A stretch of 64,000 nt of DNA from Trypanosoma brucei (GCA_000002445.1 AL929603.2:160001-224000), one strand, 5' to 3'; shown: positions 21,845 to 35,300, counted from the first letter of the stretch. The notes: generated by a model from the sequence alone, not told the origin. Made by a program: numbers and translations.

Positions 21845-24800
21845 ATGTCAGGAAACCAAGGAAGAAAGCGACAGCGCAGCTCATCACCTGAGCAGTCAGA
21901 AGCTTTAAAGGAACCATCAACTACTGAACAAAATAAACTCACCACCATTACAATCACCGAAGAGACGCGTGACGCCAGTAATGATGAAACTGTGGTGTCG
22001 TTACTGAATGAGCATGAGAAATTGATTAAACAAACGACACGGCTGGAAAGCAGTGTGAAGGCACTTAGGTGTTTCATGAGTAATCTCACAGCTATGAGTG
22101 GCGAAAGGCAAGGTGGTGTGTGTGATGACACCGAATGCATACATAGAGTAACGTTATATAATGCTGCTGATAATGCCTTCAGTGACGAAGGACTATATGA
22201 AGGTGCTCTTTCCTCACTCTGTGGCCGCATTCAAGCTAAGAAATTAACCATCACGTTATCAAAAGGTTGGAAATTTAACTTAGAAGGAGTCAGTAAGCTA
22301 AAACAGTTGGAAGAGTTACGCATTGAATATCCGCGGGGCAAACTTGTGAATATGATATCTTTGAATAACCTTGATATGTTGAAAAGGCTTTGTCTCAGGA
22401 GCAACAATATTGACAACAATGATATTCACTGCATATTCAGTGTTGGAACACTGGAGGAGTTGGCTATTACTGACACCATGCAACTGACAAATATCAGAGG
22501 AATCTCTCGCTTAACTAACCTAAAGTGTCTTGAGTTAAATTCCACAGATATTGATGATAGCTGTATTGGGGAAATAAGTGCATGTGTTAAACTGTCCAAA
22601 CTGAGTGTATCTGAATGCAACAATATCACGGATGCAACCCCAATTTCACAACTTGCAGCGCTTGAAGAGTTGAATGTAAACAGCTGTTACCACATAACGA
22701 AGGGAATAGGAACACTTGGCATGTTGTTACGATTGCGTATGCTTGACTTGAGTGGTGTACCTGTGGAAGATAATTGTCTGAAGGATTTGTGTGACTGTGG
22801 ATCGCTTGAAAGGCTGAACCTTTCTTATTGTATTCAGCTGACAGATATCAATCCACTCTCCAGCGCCACTGCTATTGAGGAATTGAACCTTAACGGTTGT
22901 CGCCGAATAACACGAGGGATAGGCGTTGTGTGGGCATTACCAAAGCTCCGTGTATTGCACATGAAGGATGTGCAGTTGGAAGATTCAGTTATTGGTTCAC
23001 TAGGGAATGGTAACTCATTTGTAAGGCTCAGTCTTGAGAATTGCGCAGGCTTTGGTGATATGACACTCTTATCCAGCATTGTTACACTCGAGGAGCTGAA
23101 TATTCAAAAATGTGCTGACATCATTAGTGGTGTGGGTTGCCTTGGTACACTACCATACCTGCGTGTGCTTAACGTAAAGGAGGTACACATCTCGTCCCTT
23201 GACTTTACTGGTATTGGTGCCTCAAAATCCCTTTTACAGTTAACTCTGGAGAGTATCACGGGACTGATTGATGTGGAAGCACTCGCCAACATTTTGACTC
23301 TGGAAAAACTAAGCCTTCACGGCTGCACGGGTATTGACGCAGGAATTGGATGTCTCGGAAACCTGCCACAGCTTAAAATGTTGGACCTGTCTGGCACAAA
23401 TACCGACAATGAGTCTCTCAGAAGTTTATGCCTATCACAGACAATGGTGTCCCTCAACCTTTCCCATTGTTGGAAAATGACAAATGTGTCCCATATTTCA
23501 AGCCTCGAGGCATTGAATGAACTGAATTTGAACAACTGTTTTGGAATAAATGCAGGATGGGAAGCAATTGAAAAACTTCAGCAGCTACATGTGGCAATCC
23601 TCTCGAATACACATATTACTGATAGAGACATATCCCATTTCAGCAAGTGCAAAAACCTTGTTACGCTTGATCTTTCTTTCTGCAATAAGTTACTTGATGT
23701 TACAACTCTCTCTAACATCACTACGCTTGAGGAGTTGAATCTTGATAGTTGTTCAAACATCAGAAAAGGGCTGAGCGTTCTTGGAGAGTTGCCACGGCTT
23801 TGTGTGCTGAACATAAAGGGTGTAGAGTTGGAAGATTCAGTTATTGGTTCACTAGGGAATGGTAACTCATTTGTAAGGCTCAGTCTTGAGCATTGCAAAG
23901 GTTTCGGTGATGTCACGCCTCTCTCAAACCTTGTTACACTTGAGGAACTGAATCTCCACTACTGTGACAAAGTAACCTCTGGAATGGGAACACTGGGCAG
24001 GCTACTGCAGCTTCGTGTACTGGATTTGGGACGGACACAAGTTGATAATAATTCCCTTGAGAATATCTGCACAAGCTCAATCCCACTTGTGTTATTAAAT
24101 CTTTCGCATTGCAAGAAAATAACATCTATTTCTGCAATAGCTTCCCTTACAGCATTGGAGGAACTCAACATTGACAACTGCTGTAATGTAACATCCGGTT
24201 GGAATGTATTTGGCACACTTCACCAACTGCGTGTGGCCACACTGTCGAATACACGCATTAATGATGAAAACGTACGGTACGTTAGCGAGTGCAAGTCTTT
24301 GAATACACTCAACCTTGCGTTTTGCAAAGATATAACAGACGTCACAGCACTTTCTAAAATTACTATGCTTGAGGAGTTGAACCTTGATTGTTGCCATAAC
24401 ATCAGAAAAGGTATTGAAACTCTTGGAAAGCTTCCCAAGGCACGTATCCTAAGCATGAAGGAATGTTACATGGGAGACAGTGATGCGCAACAATGTTCCA
24501 TCCTTGGGAATAGTAAGTCACTTGTGAAACTGAATCTTGAGAGGTCAATGGGATTCATATCTGTGAAAGCTCTCTCTAACATTGCGACGCTGGAGGAACT
24601 GGTACTTGATCATGCACGGGAAGTATGTTGCATACCGTCATTTTCCTGTCTGCCGCGTCTTCGAGTACTGAATCTGAAATATACGGATATCAATGGTGAT
24701 GTAACTAAAAATATTTCCGAATCAAAATCGCTGCGATTACTCAACTTATCACATTGTAAATGGGTAACTGATATATCAGTATTATCTTCCCTATCGACAC

Positions 24801-26029
24801 TGGAAGAGCTGAATGTTAGCTCCTGCTATGGAATAAAAAAGGGTTGGGAGTCGCTCGGAAAGCTGCCTCTACTACGTGTAGCAATTCTATCTGATACTAA
24901 CATCACCGCTAAAGATATAGCTTGCCTCAGCAGTTGCAAAACACTTGTGAAACTGCAGTTTTCTTGGTGTGAGGAGTTGTCAGATGTTACGGTGGTGTAT
25001 GAGATTCAATCACTGGAGGAGCTGATAGTTAAGAAGTACTCAGACGGCCTAAAGGGACTAAATGCCCTTGGTACACTTCCACGGTTGCGTTTTCTCCATC
25101 TGCGAAATGTGAGAGGTAGTGATATATCTGTTGAATCTATTGGAACGAGCAAATCTCTCGTGAGGCTTAATATTGAAATGCGCGGGGAGTTAACAGACAT
25201 AACACCCCTCTCCAACATCACATCCCTTGAGGAATTGTCATTGTGGGAATGCCGTGATACCCTGGAAGGAGCTTGGACACTTGAGAGGTTACCACGGCTT
25301 AGATCGCTGGATCTGGGTTTATCTGACATTAGCGATAGCACACTTTATTATATTTGTCTGTCCCGATTCATTACGTCACTCAACCTAACCTCCAGTTGGA
25401 AACTAACAGACATATCTGGTATATCAAAGCTTACGGCGCTGGAGGAATTGAATCTGAGAGGATGTCACCGCATAACTTCAGGCTGGGAAGCACTAAGCGA
25501 ATTACCACGACTTCGTGTGCTCAACTTGGAATCCACCAGTGTTACGACGCGTGACGGTGGATATTATATCAGCAGATGCAAATCCCTCGTCACACTGAAT
25601 ATTCAATTGAGTGATATGACCGATGCTTCATGTCTTGCTAATATCAAGACACTGGAGGAGTTGCATATAGGGGAATGCGACGAGCTAACGCAGGGGTTTA
25701 GTGCACTTTTCACTCTTCCGAGGTTACGCATTCTTAACCTTATGGGTTCTCTCATTACAGATGAAGATCTCAGAGAAATTCAACCACCCCATACCATTGA
25801 GGAGCTCAATCTTTCTTATTGTAAAAATCTTAATGATATTACACCACTTGGGAGAATAAAATCAATTAAAAAATTGCATCTCAGTCAGAGCCATGATGTC
25901 AGAAGGCTCAGAGAAGGATTCAGGAGTCTTTTGGAATTGCCATGTCTTTCTTGGGTTGATCTCAGGAACGTGTATGGCTGGTTTGATGTTTATGTTGAAC
26001 TGAGAAAAAGAAGGGTACATATCCGTTAA
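21845..26029 (+). CDS. leucine-rich repeat protein (ESAG8-like LRRP), ~1395 aa from the ATG at 21845 (ORF open from 21680)
   Basis: It contains dozens of ~24-aa units of the form LxxLxxLxLSxCxxITDxxxLSxxxxLEELNL. The N-terminus is acidic and Ser-rich. There is an internal near-identical ~90-nt duplication (22978-23070 vs 23826-23918, both LEDSVIGSLGNGNSFVRLSLE). Such proteins are known to accompany RHS clusters in T. brucei. Confidence 0.65.
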   Translation: MSGNQGRKRQRSSSPEQSEALKEPSTTEQNKLTTITITEETRDASNDETVVSLLNEHEKLIKQTTRLESSVKALRCFMSNLTAMSGERQGGVCDDTECIHRVTLYNAADNAFSDEGLYEGALSSLCGRIQAKKLTITLSKGWKFNLEGVSKLKQLEELRIEYPRGKLVNMISLNNLDMLKRLCLRSNNIDNNDIHCIFSVGTLEELAITDTMQLTNIRGISRLTNLKCLELNSTDIDDSCIGEISACVKLSKLSVSECNNITDATPISQLAALEELNVNSCYHITKGIGTLGMLLRLRMLDLSGVPVEDNCLKDLCDCGSLERLNLSYCIQLTDINPLSSATAIEELNLNGCRRITRGIGVVWALPKLRVLHMKDVQLEDSVIGSLGNGNSFVRLSLENCAGFGDMTLLSSIVTLEELNIQKCADIISGVGCLGTLPYLRVLNVKEVHISSLDFTGIGASKSLLQLTLESITGLIDVEALANILTLEKLSLHGCTGIDAGIGCLGNLPQLKMLDLSGTNTDNESLRSLCLSQTMVSLNLSHCWKMTNVSHISSLEALNELNLNNCFGINAGWEAIEKLQQLHVAILSNTHITDRDISHFSKCKNLVTLDLSFCNKLLDVTTLSNITTLEELNLDSCSNIRKGLSVLGELPRLCVLNIKGVELEDSVIGSLGNGNSFVRLSLEHCKGFGDVTPLSNLVTLEELNLHYCDKVTSGMGTLGRLLQLRVLDLGRTQVDNNSLENICTSSIPLVLLNLSHCKKITSISAIASLTALEELNIDNCCNVTSGWNVFGTLHQLRVATLSNTRINDENVRYVSECKSLNTLNLAFCKDITDVTALSKITMLEELNLDCCHNIRKGIETLGKLPKARILSMKECYMGDSDAQQCSILGNSKSLVKLNLERSMGFISVKALSNIATLEELVLDHAREVCCIPSFSCLPRLRVLNLKYTDINGDVTKNISESKSLRLLNLSHCKWVTDISVLSSLSTLEELNVSSCYGIKKGWESLGKLPLLRVAILSDTNITAKDIACLSSCKTLVKLQFSWCEELSDVTVVYEIQSLEELIVKKYSDGLKGLNALGTLPRLRFLHLRNVRGSDISVESIGTSKSLVRLNIEMRGELTDITPLSNITSLEELSLWECRDTLEGAWTLERLPRLRSLDLGLSDISDSTLYYICLSRFITSLNLTSSWKLTDISGISKLTALEELNLRGCHRITSGWEALSELPRLRVLNLESTSVTTRDGGYYISRCKSLVTLNIQLSDMTDASCLANIKTLEELHIGECDELTQGFSALFTLPRLRILNLMGSLITDEDLREIQPPHTIEELNLSYCKNLNDITPLGRIKSIKKLHLSQSHDVRRLREGFRSLLELPCLSWVDLRNVYGWFDVYVELRKRRVHIR

Positions 26030-29000
26030 TATGTGACCCATTGCTTCACTTTGTATAATTGTAACCACTTATTGCTAAGAACACGTTATTAAATTTAACA
26101 GCCCGCTCGAGTAGTTTGCTCACTGTAGACACCATTATTCGGACAGATACCAGTAACAATTCACATGGATGATATTGTATGTTACACTACCTTAAATACG
26201 AGAAATACGAGGATTTCATTACAGTTATTTGAGTGTTTCGTATTTTACTAAGTCATACCAATCATATATTGTGAAGAATAAAGAACAGTTAGGAAAGTGT
26301 GTGTATGTATGCACAAGGCTTTTTTCTCAATGGAAATTTATATTTTAGTTGTAAGCGTAGTAATTATTGTATTATTCCCGTTCATATTACAACTATACCA
26401 AATGAACATATCATTATTTTATATGCCCTTCTAACTTTATGACTACACATCCACACACATATATATTGAATTATTATTACTATTTCTATCGTTCTTATTG
26501 TTATTACATGAAACACAACATTCACATTTAATTTTTACTCATAACCACACCCGAAAAGTAAAAGCACTCAACATTCTACAGTACTGTATGCCTGTCAATG
26601 ATATGAGGAAGTGAAGTTTATATACCATTAAAGTATGGTGAATATATCTCATTATTCTTATTATTATTTGTTTTACTGAAAGAAATGACAGAGTGACTTT
26701 ACAATTAATTATATCAGAGCAGCATCTTGTGCACCAAGTTCTTACATGGGAGAGGATAATACAACACATTACGTGTCTCGTGATTCTTTTTTACACTTGC
26801 CACTGGTGTATCTACATTCTCAAACAGTGCGATTGAATGTTCTCTTTTCATTAAAATATTATATTATAACTTGTTGTATTTGTTTGGTTTTGTAATAACA
26901 TAATTTATTTTATTACATTTCCTTTCAGAATTATTTGTGCCTAATATTTGTGAAGATGTCATACAATCTGAATTCCCTTGCACAGCAAAGGGTTGTGTAC
27001 CACATTAACCCATTAACATTTGTGCTACATGTGCATGGGAAAGTGTATTAAACATTTCACTGGTTTTGGGAAATATTATTTTCTTTCTTACAACATGATG
27101 CCTCAGTAGAACTGAAGGCGAGAGCAGATCCTTTCATTCATTTTATTTTCCTTTTCTCACCGTATCCGTATATGTTTATGACTTTCCAGAAAACACTGCT
27201 GAGGTAAATTATGTATTTCTTCATATTTACTTTTTATTTGACAATAACGAGCAAAGGATTTCCTCCTCACACACTTAAATTAATTAGACACTGCTGTTAG
27301 CTGATAAGTTACAGACAGCCGCACATTTAAGTTACACAAATCCACACCGATTCGAAATAGTAAAATATCAAATGTTATGTATTTATTTATTTAAGAAAAA
27401 AAAAAGAGACGAAAAGAAGCGCTGCATCTGAAGCAAGATGCATGTGAAATCGAAGAACAACTGTCACTTGAATATCATATCCCCAAATTGTTTCGCTTAC
27501 ATTATTAGCAGTAAATGCTTACGGAACTTGGGAAGTGAATAACTACTGAAATTAGAAGCATGAGGACGCACTGCGATGGCACATGAGAGAAACATTAGTG
27601 GGATTTTTATATATTGGAAAGTGGAGTGGCTTTAAGGTGTTTTACATGATGTTTAGTTGGAGATTGAAATACTTCAGAAAGTAGTGAAAGACTGTTATGA
27701 TACAGGAATCTTTTCGTTTACTAATTTCAAGCTCACTCCCGCGATGCACTATTTTCGGTTTACATTGCAAGAAGTGGTATGATATTTGCAACCGCTTATT
27801 TATTATTTATTTTTTCGAGTTTATATAAGTGTGGTTTGGTGGCGTGGAAAATTTTAGCATATGGTTAATGTCTTTGTGACAAGCAACTGCTCTGTTCGAG
27901 CGATGGTATTGGAAGGTTAAATATTAATTATATGTTTTATGAGTTATCAAATGCTGAATGCCACAACTGACTCGCTCTTCAAACAAAAACACTTTCTCAG
28001 CTTTTCCACTCTCAGCTAAAAATGTAGTTCAGTTTCTAAACAGCACACCACATCTCATTCACCATCGGGTAAAGAGATATTTGTTGTATGGTCAACACGA
28101 AAGTGGAGAAGTGCAGAAAGTATAAATAAAGAATATATATATATATATATCGAATTATGTTGGAACTGCAGGTATCATTCAACCTAAGAGCAAAAACACC
28201 TTTCCTTCTGTTGTGAGCCGCAACCATGCCGTGATGAAGTTACAAGTGGAAGGAATTGACTCAAATCATTCATCACCTAATATCTGTAATGTGAATATTT
28301 TTGTTGAGAGATATTTGTATGTTAATGAGAGACCATTATGCAGAGGGAAGAACAGCCGACGACTGCAACCTAAAACCCGTAATTTGCGGACTGTAATAAA
28401 CTTTAATAGTTTCATTTTATTATGTAAAGATGGCATCAGCAAATTATACTTGTAAGCTGTTTGAAGTCAAAACAACGATACGCGGAAGGGAATGTGCAGG
28501 TGGTGATTTAAATCGTATGTTTATGAGAAATTTGTATTGTGAATCAACTGTTGAAATATGTTGTGCGACATTAACACCAGATGTTTTTTTTTTCATATTA
28601 TTCTTCTTTTCTTTTTTTTGCTTGTCTGTCGAACAATCTGAGGTTTAGTTGATATATTCCTGAGTTTCATCACATGTGTTGCTGTTTATATAATACTAAT
28701 CGTTACAAACTAAATATCTGCAGTAAGTATAAAAACATACGATTTATTGCTACCTCTTGTTTAATTTCTCTTTATTCAAACGGCACTTTCTTTTAATCTT
28801 GTAAATAATTTTTTTATCGTTGTTTTATTTGTTTGCACACTTAATCCTCTGCGCACGCTGCAGCATTTATTTGCTTCTACATGCTCGCAAAAATATATAT
28901 ATATATATATAGATTATTTTTAAACAAATCGCTTTTGTGACTGATGTTTCTCCGGTTTGCATCGTATTATACGTGGAATGTAAGATTCGTTGATTAAACA

Positions 29001-29532
29001 TTTCATGGCGCATCATTATCGAGTTTTTTGTTATGAACCCATAATTAATCATGAGACAGGTTTGTACGAGTCATACTCCCTGCATAAATGCAATGCACTG
29101 AAGGAATGTAATTTTATTTATTTATTTATTACTACCATTATTATTGTCAGTATTAATATTCAGGTTTTCATCCATCACTATTTTATTATTTATATTTTCT
29201 TTCCAACATCTGTTTCAAGAAACATGGTCGATTGGAAATAATGTAAACATCAATGGTTAGAGAAACTTTGATTTGCTTTGACCGTGCAGATGCACACAGT
29301 TCAAAAGGTTTCAGAAAGGTGATGGGGAAGTTTAACCATATTTTTTATTACTGAATTATTTCTATAAAATGCTTTTTTTCTTTTGTATTGCACTTACATT
29401 CAAAACCAATTGGCCAGCGCTTTGAAGGCAGTCAAGTGGCGTATGGAAATATTTGCGTATTGGCGTTTTTTTAACGTGTGATGATTACGTTCCTAACGGT
29501 GATGGAAAAAAGTAACATATGAATGTGTGTTC

Positions 29533-29571
<39 letters not shown>
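29533..29571. repeat. (AAT)13 microsatellite
   Basis: Perfect trinucleotide run, seen directly in the sequence. Confidence 0.95.
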
Positions 29572-30840
29572 TAAATGCCAAGTTCTCTTACTTTCTGTAT
29601 CAAATAGTGAGTCCTTTTTTTAATCTCATTTTTTCAAATGCGTATCGAGGTTTAGGAGGCACAATGTTGCTTAAAACTCAACTCTCACGAAAATGACACA
29701 AATTAAGGGAAGCTTCTATCGCAGCCACCATTTCCATGTGTGCAACAGTAAGCGAGTCATTGTAACAATTTTTTTTTGCGCGTGTGAAGTGTGAAATCCT
29801 CATGAGAACTCAAAATTTACCACAATAATACTCATTATGCAATGTGCTTTGAGTGGGGAGGGCGGCGCAGACTCAAATATCCAAAACAATTTATTTTCCC
29901 ATATGGCTGAGCGAACGGAAACTGTAGTGAAACACACACTGCAAAGCGAGAAAAGTATATCTCCTGGTGCCGACACTCTCCAACGATGTGAACCCAAAAC
30001 CCTTCATTTACGAACAGGAGGCTTCAGTTTGTTTATTTGTTTGTTTGTTTTTGAATCCATTCCTCACATCAGCGTCCAACATTAAATACAGGGAATTCAG
30101 AACCTTTATCATGACCATTATTGTTGTGTCTTGTAAGATGATACATATTTTATGATAGGAACTTACTGGGCACCAGCAGTCAACAAAAGAAATACGAAAG
30201 AACACAACAGTGATAAACATATATTACCTTGAAGTTACATGTGTACGTTTGCACGGAATTAGCTCAGTGATGTTTGCGAACTCAGAGAATGAGGAAAAGC
30301 GACAGTCAGATGAAATGAATAAAATACCAAATGTCGTGCATTCCTTGGAGGCATGAAAATAGATTCAATAACGCTAAGGCGTGACACAAATGAGGCATGC
30401 GTTTATCAACATCCGTTAAAAAGAGGGGAAATGTCAGTGAATACCTGAGGTAGCGCCAAAACTATTTTTTTTAATGGCCACAAAATGCTGCAGTAGAGCA
30501 GTGAGGAAATAATTTCATTGGATAGAAAAATGTGTAAGGAAAGGTTATTAAAATTATTTGAGATTTATAACTGTTCTATCTGAGTAACCATGTGCGTCCT
30601 TTAGTATAGGAATCCCTTTGCGATAAAGCTTCTATATTCTTTAAAAGGAAACGGTAAGAAGTTACATTAGCTAAAAAAGTAAAACAAATATTTTAATCAA
30701 GAACAATATTCAATATTTTGCTTCAGGACAAAAAAACACTTTTACTGGAAGAAAAGCGTCTGAGGGAACGTGAAGCAAGAGGTGATAATGTTTTCAGTTT
30801 ATATAGCTCCGTATGCAATGCAAAGTGAAGTGACATTATA

Positions 30841-31223
30841 ATGGACAACGAAACTCAAATGCTGGGCATGAAGTTTGTTGATGGAACGCGTGCTGATGAT
30901 ATAATGTGGAAAGATGAAGAAGTTAATGTCGTCCCCAAAATTGAGGAAGCTGTTGAGCATAAGCCGGAACGCACGGGAAGAAGTTGAAGCAATGGTTCCA
31001 ACATCTCAAATGGAGTGGTCGTACTCACAGTTTAATATTTAAATTCACAATGACATTCTCATTCAGAGAAAGGACTGGAGACTGTGAAATGTTGTGGAAA
31101 GAAGGCTCTGCGCTTGGCCAGCTGAGGAAACTCGAATACTAAGACACGCACCAAATCCTTACATTGTGATTGGAAACTCCAGAATCAGTAAGTCACTGGC
31201 CACCGGCTCACTTCTCCTTCACA
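30841..31223 (+). pseudogene. short degenerate RHS remnant ending at the hot spot (…ISKSLATGSLLLHTL) immediately 5' of ingi copy 3
   Basis: The last about 25 codons before the ingi 5' end read VIGNSRISKSLATGSLLLHTL. This is homologous to LVGTPGIGKSFSVGSFLLYTL of the RHS at 13015-14089. The upstream frame is broken. Confidence 0.4.
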
Positions 31224-31248
31224 CCCTGGCGATGCCGGCCACCTCAAC

Positions 31249-32382
31249 GTGGTGCCAGGGTCCAGTACCCCGTATCATCGGGGGAAGCCAAGAGCCAGCA
31301 GCGTTCCTTTCATGGGGAACACTGCTGTGCTCCGGCTACGGCATCATACAGCACAGGGATCAGCAGCGTCTTGCTGGGACACCGTTTTTCATTTGTCGGT
31401 CCCTGGCCACGTGCCAGCGTGCCATCAGCAGTATATCATCCGCACTAAGATGCTGCTGTCCGGTGATGTGGAAGAGAATCCCGGCTCGTCGTTGCGCGGG
31501 ATGCAGTGGAACTGCGCCGGGCTATCTCAAGGAAAGAGATTAGCACTCCACAAAACCCTTGTTGATGAGCGGATCGCCTTTTGTCTGTTGAGCGAGACAA
31601 GGATGACGCCTGGAGAGGCGGCTTGCTTTAGCGTTGCTGGCTACCAACATCACGGAATAGCTCGTAACTGCAAAGGAGGTGGTGTATCAATACTAGTGAG
31701 GGAGGACCTACCAGTCGAGACCGGTATGGCCGTTGTTGGTCGCATTGAAAAAGTGCATGCAACAATTCACCTTGCACGTGGAACGGCGCTGACTGTCACG
31801 TCGGCATACATCCCACCAAAACACACCTTCACGGCAACTGACATAGATACGCTTCTGACAACTGACGGTGCCCAGCTCATCGGTGCAGACGCTAATGCAC
31901 ACGCGTTGGCATGGGATCGCGCGAGCCCACCAAATACCAAGGGTGAAACCCTCACACAGTGGTGCATTGACAACCAGTTTCTGGTCTGCAACACTGGTGA
32001 GTGCACCAGGTACGCGCGCCACCACGGGGAGTCCACCCCTGATGTGACACTGTCAAGGAATTGCACAGTGTACACGTGGACATCGCTGTATTCTCCCGAT
32101 AGCGATCACCATCACATATTTTTCGACGTTATCGTTGGAGACGACACAGATGCACTGAGTTGCCCGCGGCTTCGAAAGCCCATGTACGCATGGCTAAAAG
32201 CTAACTGGAGGAATTTCCGTCTCAAGGTTGACGAGCTCTGCAGGAAAATTGGTAGAGAGAAGAACGTCAACACCCTGGAACAGAAATTGAGCTCCGCCAT
32301 CCGCATTGGACACCTGCGCTCGCGAAACTCGATGAAGAGATCGCTGGATGCGGACCCTCCCGCCGAAGGGAAAAGTTGGTAG
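31249..32382 (+). CDS. ingi ORF1, copy 3 (endonuclease domain intact; 5' part frameshifted, 2A motif DVEENPGS)
   Basis: 377 aa in the track. The endonuclease part is identical to copy 1 apart from scattered substitutions. The upstream reading frame differs from copy 2 because of the TA insertion. Confidence 0.7.
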   Translation: MVPGSSTPYHRGKPRASSVPFMGNTAVLRLRHHTAQGSAASCWDTVFHLSVPGHVPACHQQYIIRTKMLLSGDVEENPGSSLRGMQWNCAGLSQGKRLALHKTLVDERIAFCLLSETRMTPGEAACFSVAGYQHHGIARNCKGGGVSILVREDLPVETGMAVVGRIEKVHATIHLARGTALTVTSAYIPPKHTFTATDIDTLLTTDGAQLIGADANAHALAWDRASPPNTKGETLTQWCIDNQFLVCNTGECTRYARHHGESTPDVTLSRNCTVYTWTSLYSPDSDHHHIFFDVIVGDDTDALSCPRLRKPMYAWLKANWRNFRLKVDELCRKIGREKNVNTLEQKLSSAIRIGHLRSRNSMKRSLDADPPAEGKSW

Positions 32383-35300
32383 CCACGCGTAAGCAGATCC
32401 TGGACCGTACCCCAAAGAAGAGATGGAGCACGCTATGCTCCAGACTTGCGGTGTCAGACCGCTGCAGTTGGCACATTGTCAAGAAGGTATATGCGCCACG
32501 ACCACTAACAACACCGGCTGTACTTGTAGATAACGCGGCCATCACGGACTACCGTCAAGCTGAGAGGTTCAGTAAACTGTACTCGTCCCGCGCAAGAAGG
32601 CACCCCGACTCACACCCACCGGCACCAATAAAGACGATAGCGAGTGAGTTCAGTCCCATCACGATGGCTGAACTACGGAGATCGATCAAACTGCTACCGA
32701 GTGGATCCGCAGCCGGACCTGATTGCTTATACAACGAGGCACTGCAACATCTCTGTAGAACAGCGCTGAATGTTGTTCTGAGGCTATTCAATGAGAGCCT
32801 ACGAACGGGAGTCGTGCCGCCTGCATGGAAGACTGGTGTTATCATCCCCATCCTGAAGGCCGGAAAAAAGGCGGAGGACCTCGATTCTTACAGGCCAGTG
32901 ACGCTCACGAGCTGTCTCTGCAAAGTCATGGAGCGCATAATTGCCGCGAGACTTAGAGACACTGTTGAGTCCCAGCTGACGCCGCAGCAATCAGGCTTTC
33001 GCCCCGGATGCTCAACGCTCGAACAACTCCTGCACGTCCGCGCTGCCCTCTGCCGTCCCACGCACCAATATCGTACGGGTGCTGTATTCGTCGACTACGA
33101 GAAGGCATTTGATACAGTAGACCACGACAAAATTGCGAGGGAAATGCACAGAATGAAGGTATCACCCCACATTGTGAAGTGGTGCGTATCATTTCTGAGT
33201 AACCGAACTGGCAGAGTGAGATTCAAGGAGAAGCTTTCCAGAAGCAGAACATTTGAGCGAGGAGTGCCACAAGGAACTGTCCTTGGCCCAATCATGTTCA
33301 TTATTGTCATGAACTCGTTGAGCCAACGCCTTGCAGAAGTGCCGTTACTGCAGCACGGATTCTTTGCAGACGACCTAACGCTACTTGCGAGGCACACAGA
33401 AAGGGATGTCATCAACCACACACTACAATGCGGCCTAAACGTGGTGTTACAGTGGTCAAAAGAGTACTTCATGTCTGTCAACGTAGCGAAAACAAAGTGC
33501 ACACTCTTCGGGTGTATAGAGCGCCACCCCCTTACGTTGCAACTGGACGGCGAAAGAATAGGAGCTGACAGGACACCGAAGCTTCTAGGAGTAACATTCC
33601 AGTGTCTGCAGGGGATGGCAACACATGCGGCCGAAACGAGACGCAAGATGGACTTCCGACTACTGCAGATAGCAGCCATCTCAGCTTCTACATGGGGGCC
33701 AAGACGACAAGTACTGAGAGCTTTTTATCTAGCACTCGTACAGGCACACACCATGTATGGCATTGAGGTATGGTACTGGGACGCTTCGGAACGAAGTCGC
33801 GACCTCCTTGCATCAGCACAACACAAAGCCAGTCGCATCATAGCCGGCATACCGCATGGGACGCGCAAAGAGGACTCTCTGCTGGAAGCAAACCTCCTGC
33901 CACTCAAGACGACCACCCTTGTGCGCAGCATGAAATTCATGCTGATGTGTGAGTCACGAGGCGGATGTTTGCGGCGCAGTGCTGAAGAAGTATACCACAG
34001 CAAACACCCAGTCAGAGTCCTACATTCCCGCATCATGCGGTCCTACCCCCACCTCCGCATTGAGCCACGCGAGCACCCACTAGAGACATCGACGCTCCGC
34101 CACAGCTGCCGACCGATATTTCACACGCAGATAAAGCCTGTGTGCGCTGATGACCCTGACGATGTCAAAAGGGAGGTTTCCGAAAAGTGGATTGAACGGC
34201 ATTTTGCACGGAGGGGGAAGGAGCCACCGCGGCGAGAGCACTACGAATTGTGGACTGATGGATCCGTGTCCCTCGGTGAGAAGTCCGGAGCAGCTGCCCT
34301 GCTCTACAGAAGCAACACGCTGATTTGCGCACCCAAAACTGGAGCAGGGGAACTCTCATGCAGTTACAGAGCGGAATGCGTAGCATTAGAGATAGGACTG
34401 CAACGGCTGCTGAAATGGCTTCCGGCATACAGAAGCACACCGAGCAGGTTGTCCATCTTCTCTGACTCGCTGTCAATGTTAACAGCACTGCAGACAGGCC
34501 CCCTAGCCGTAACTGACCCAATTCTGAGACGACTATGGAGGCTTCTGCTTCAAGTTCAGAGAAGGAAGGTGCGTATCCGACTGCAATTTGTGTTTGGCCA
34601 TTGTGGCGTGAAACGGAATGAGGTTTGCGATGAAATGGCCAAAAAGGTCGCAGATTTACCACAGTTGCGAGACACATGGATCCCCGACATCATTGCTTAT
34701 GCGAAGCGAGTGCTTAGGTCGGAAGAAGTCCATGAGAACACTCATAGGTTTGGTATCACGGGCAACCACTTTCCAACAAAACATAAGGAAGAACTGATGA
34801 GGGAAGAAGAAACGGCACTGGCACGCTTTCGGGTTGGGTCTTCAAGACAATATGGATGGATGTTGCGAAAGATCAACCCGAGTGTGCCTCCACAGTGCCG
34901 ATGGTGCAACCCGCAACATGCAGAGATAGGGCCAACAATACAAACAGCCCCACCTGTTGCGACACGCACTCTTCAGAGAACCTCCGAACCGACCAAATGT
35001 ACGGAATGTGATGCCACATACCAATGCCGCTCGAGTGCTGTAACGCATATGGTAAACAAACATGGCTTTGTGCGAGCTGATGCCCTCCGGAGGATCAAAT
35101 ACGGCGATGCAACACCTGCAGTGGATATCCCCCCGGAGCCCCCTCCAGTGGTGGCGATCGTTCCCCTACCATCGTGCACACGAGTCCCGATGAGACCGCA
35201 GGTGCTTCATTGTACCATCTGTGCCTCCAAATTCGCAGTGCCAGGCAGACTACTACACCACCTTAGAACAATACATGGCATAGGCAGCGGCAGTTGCCGC

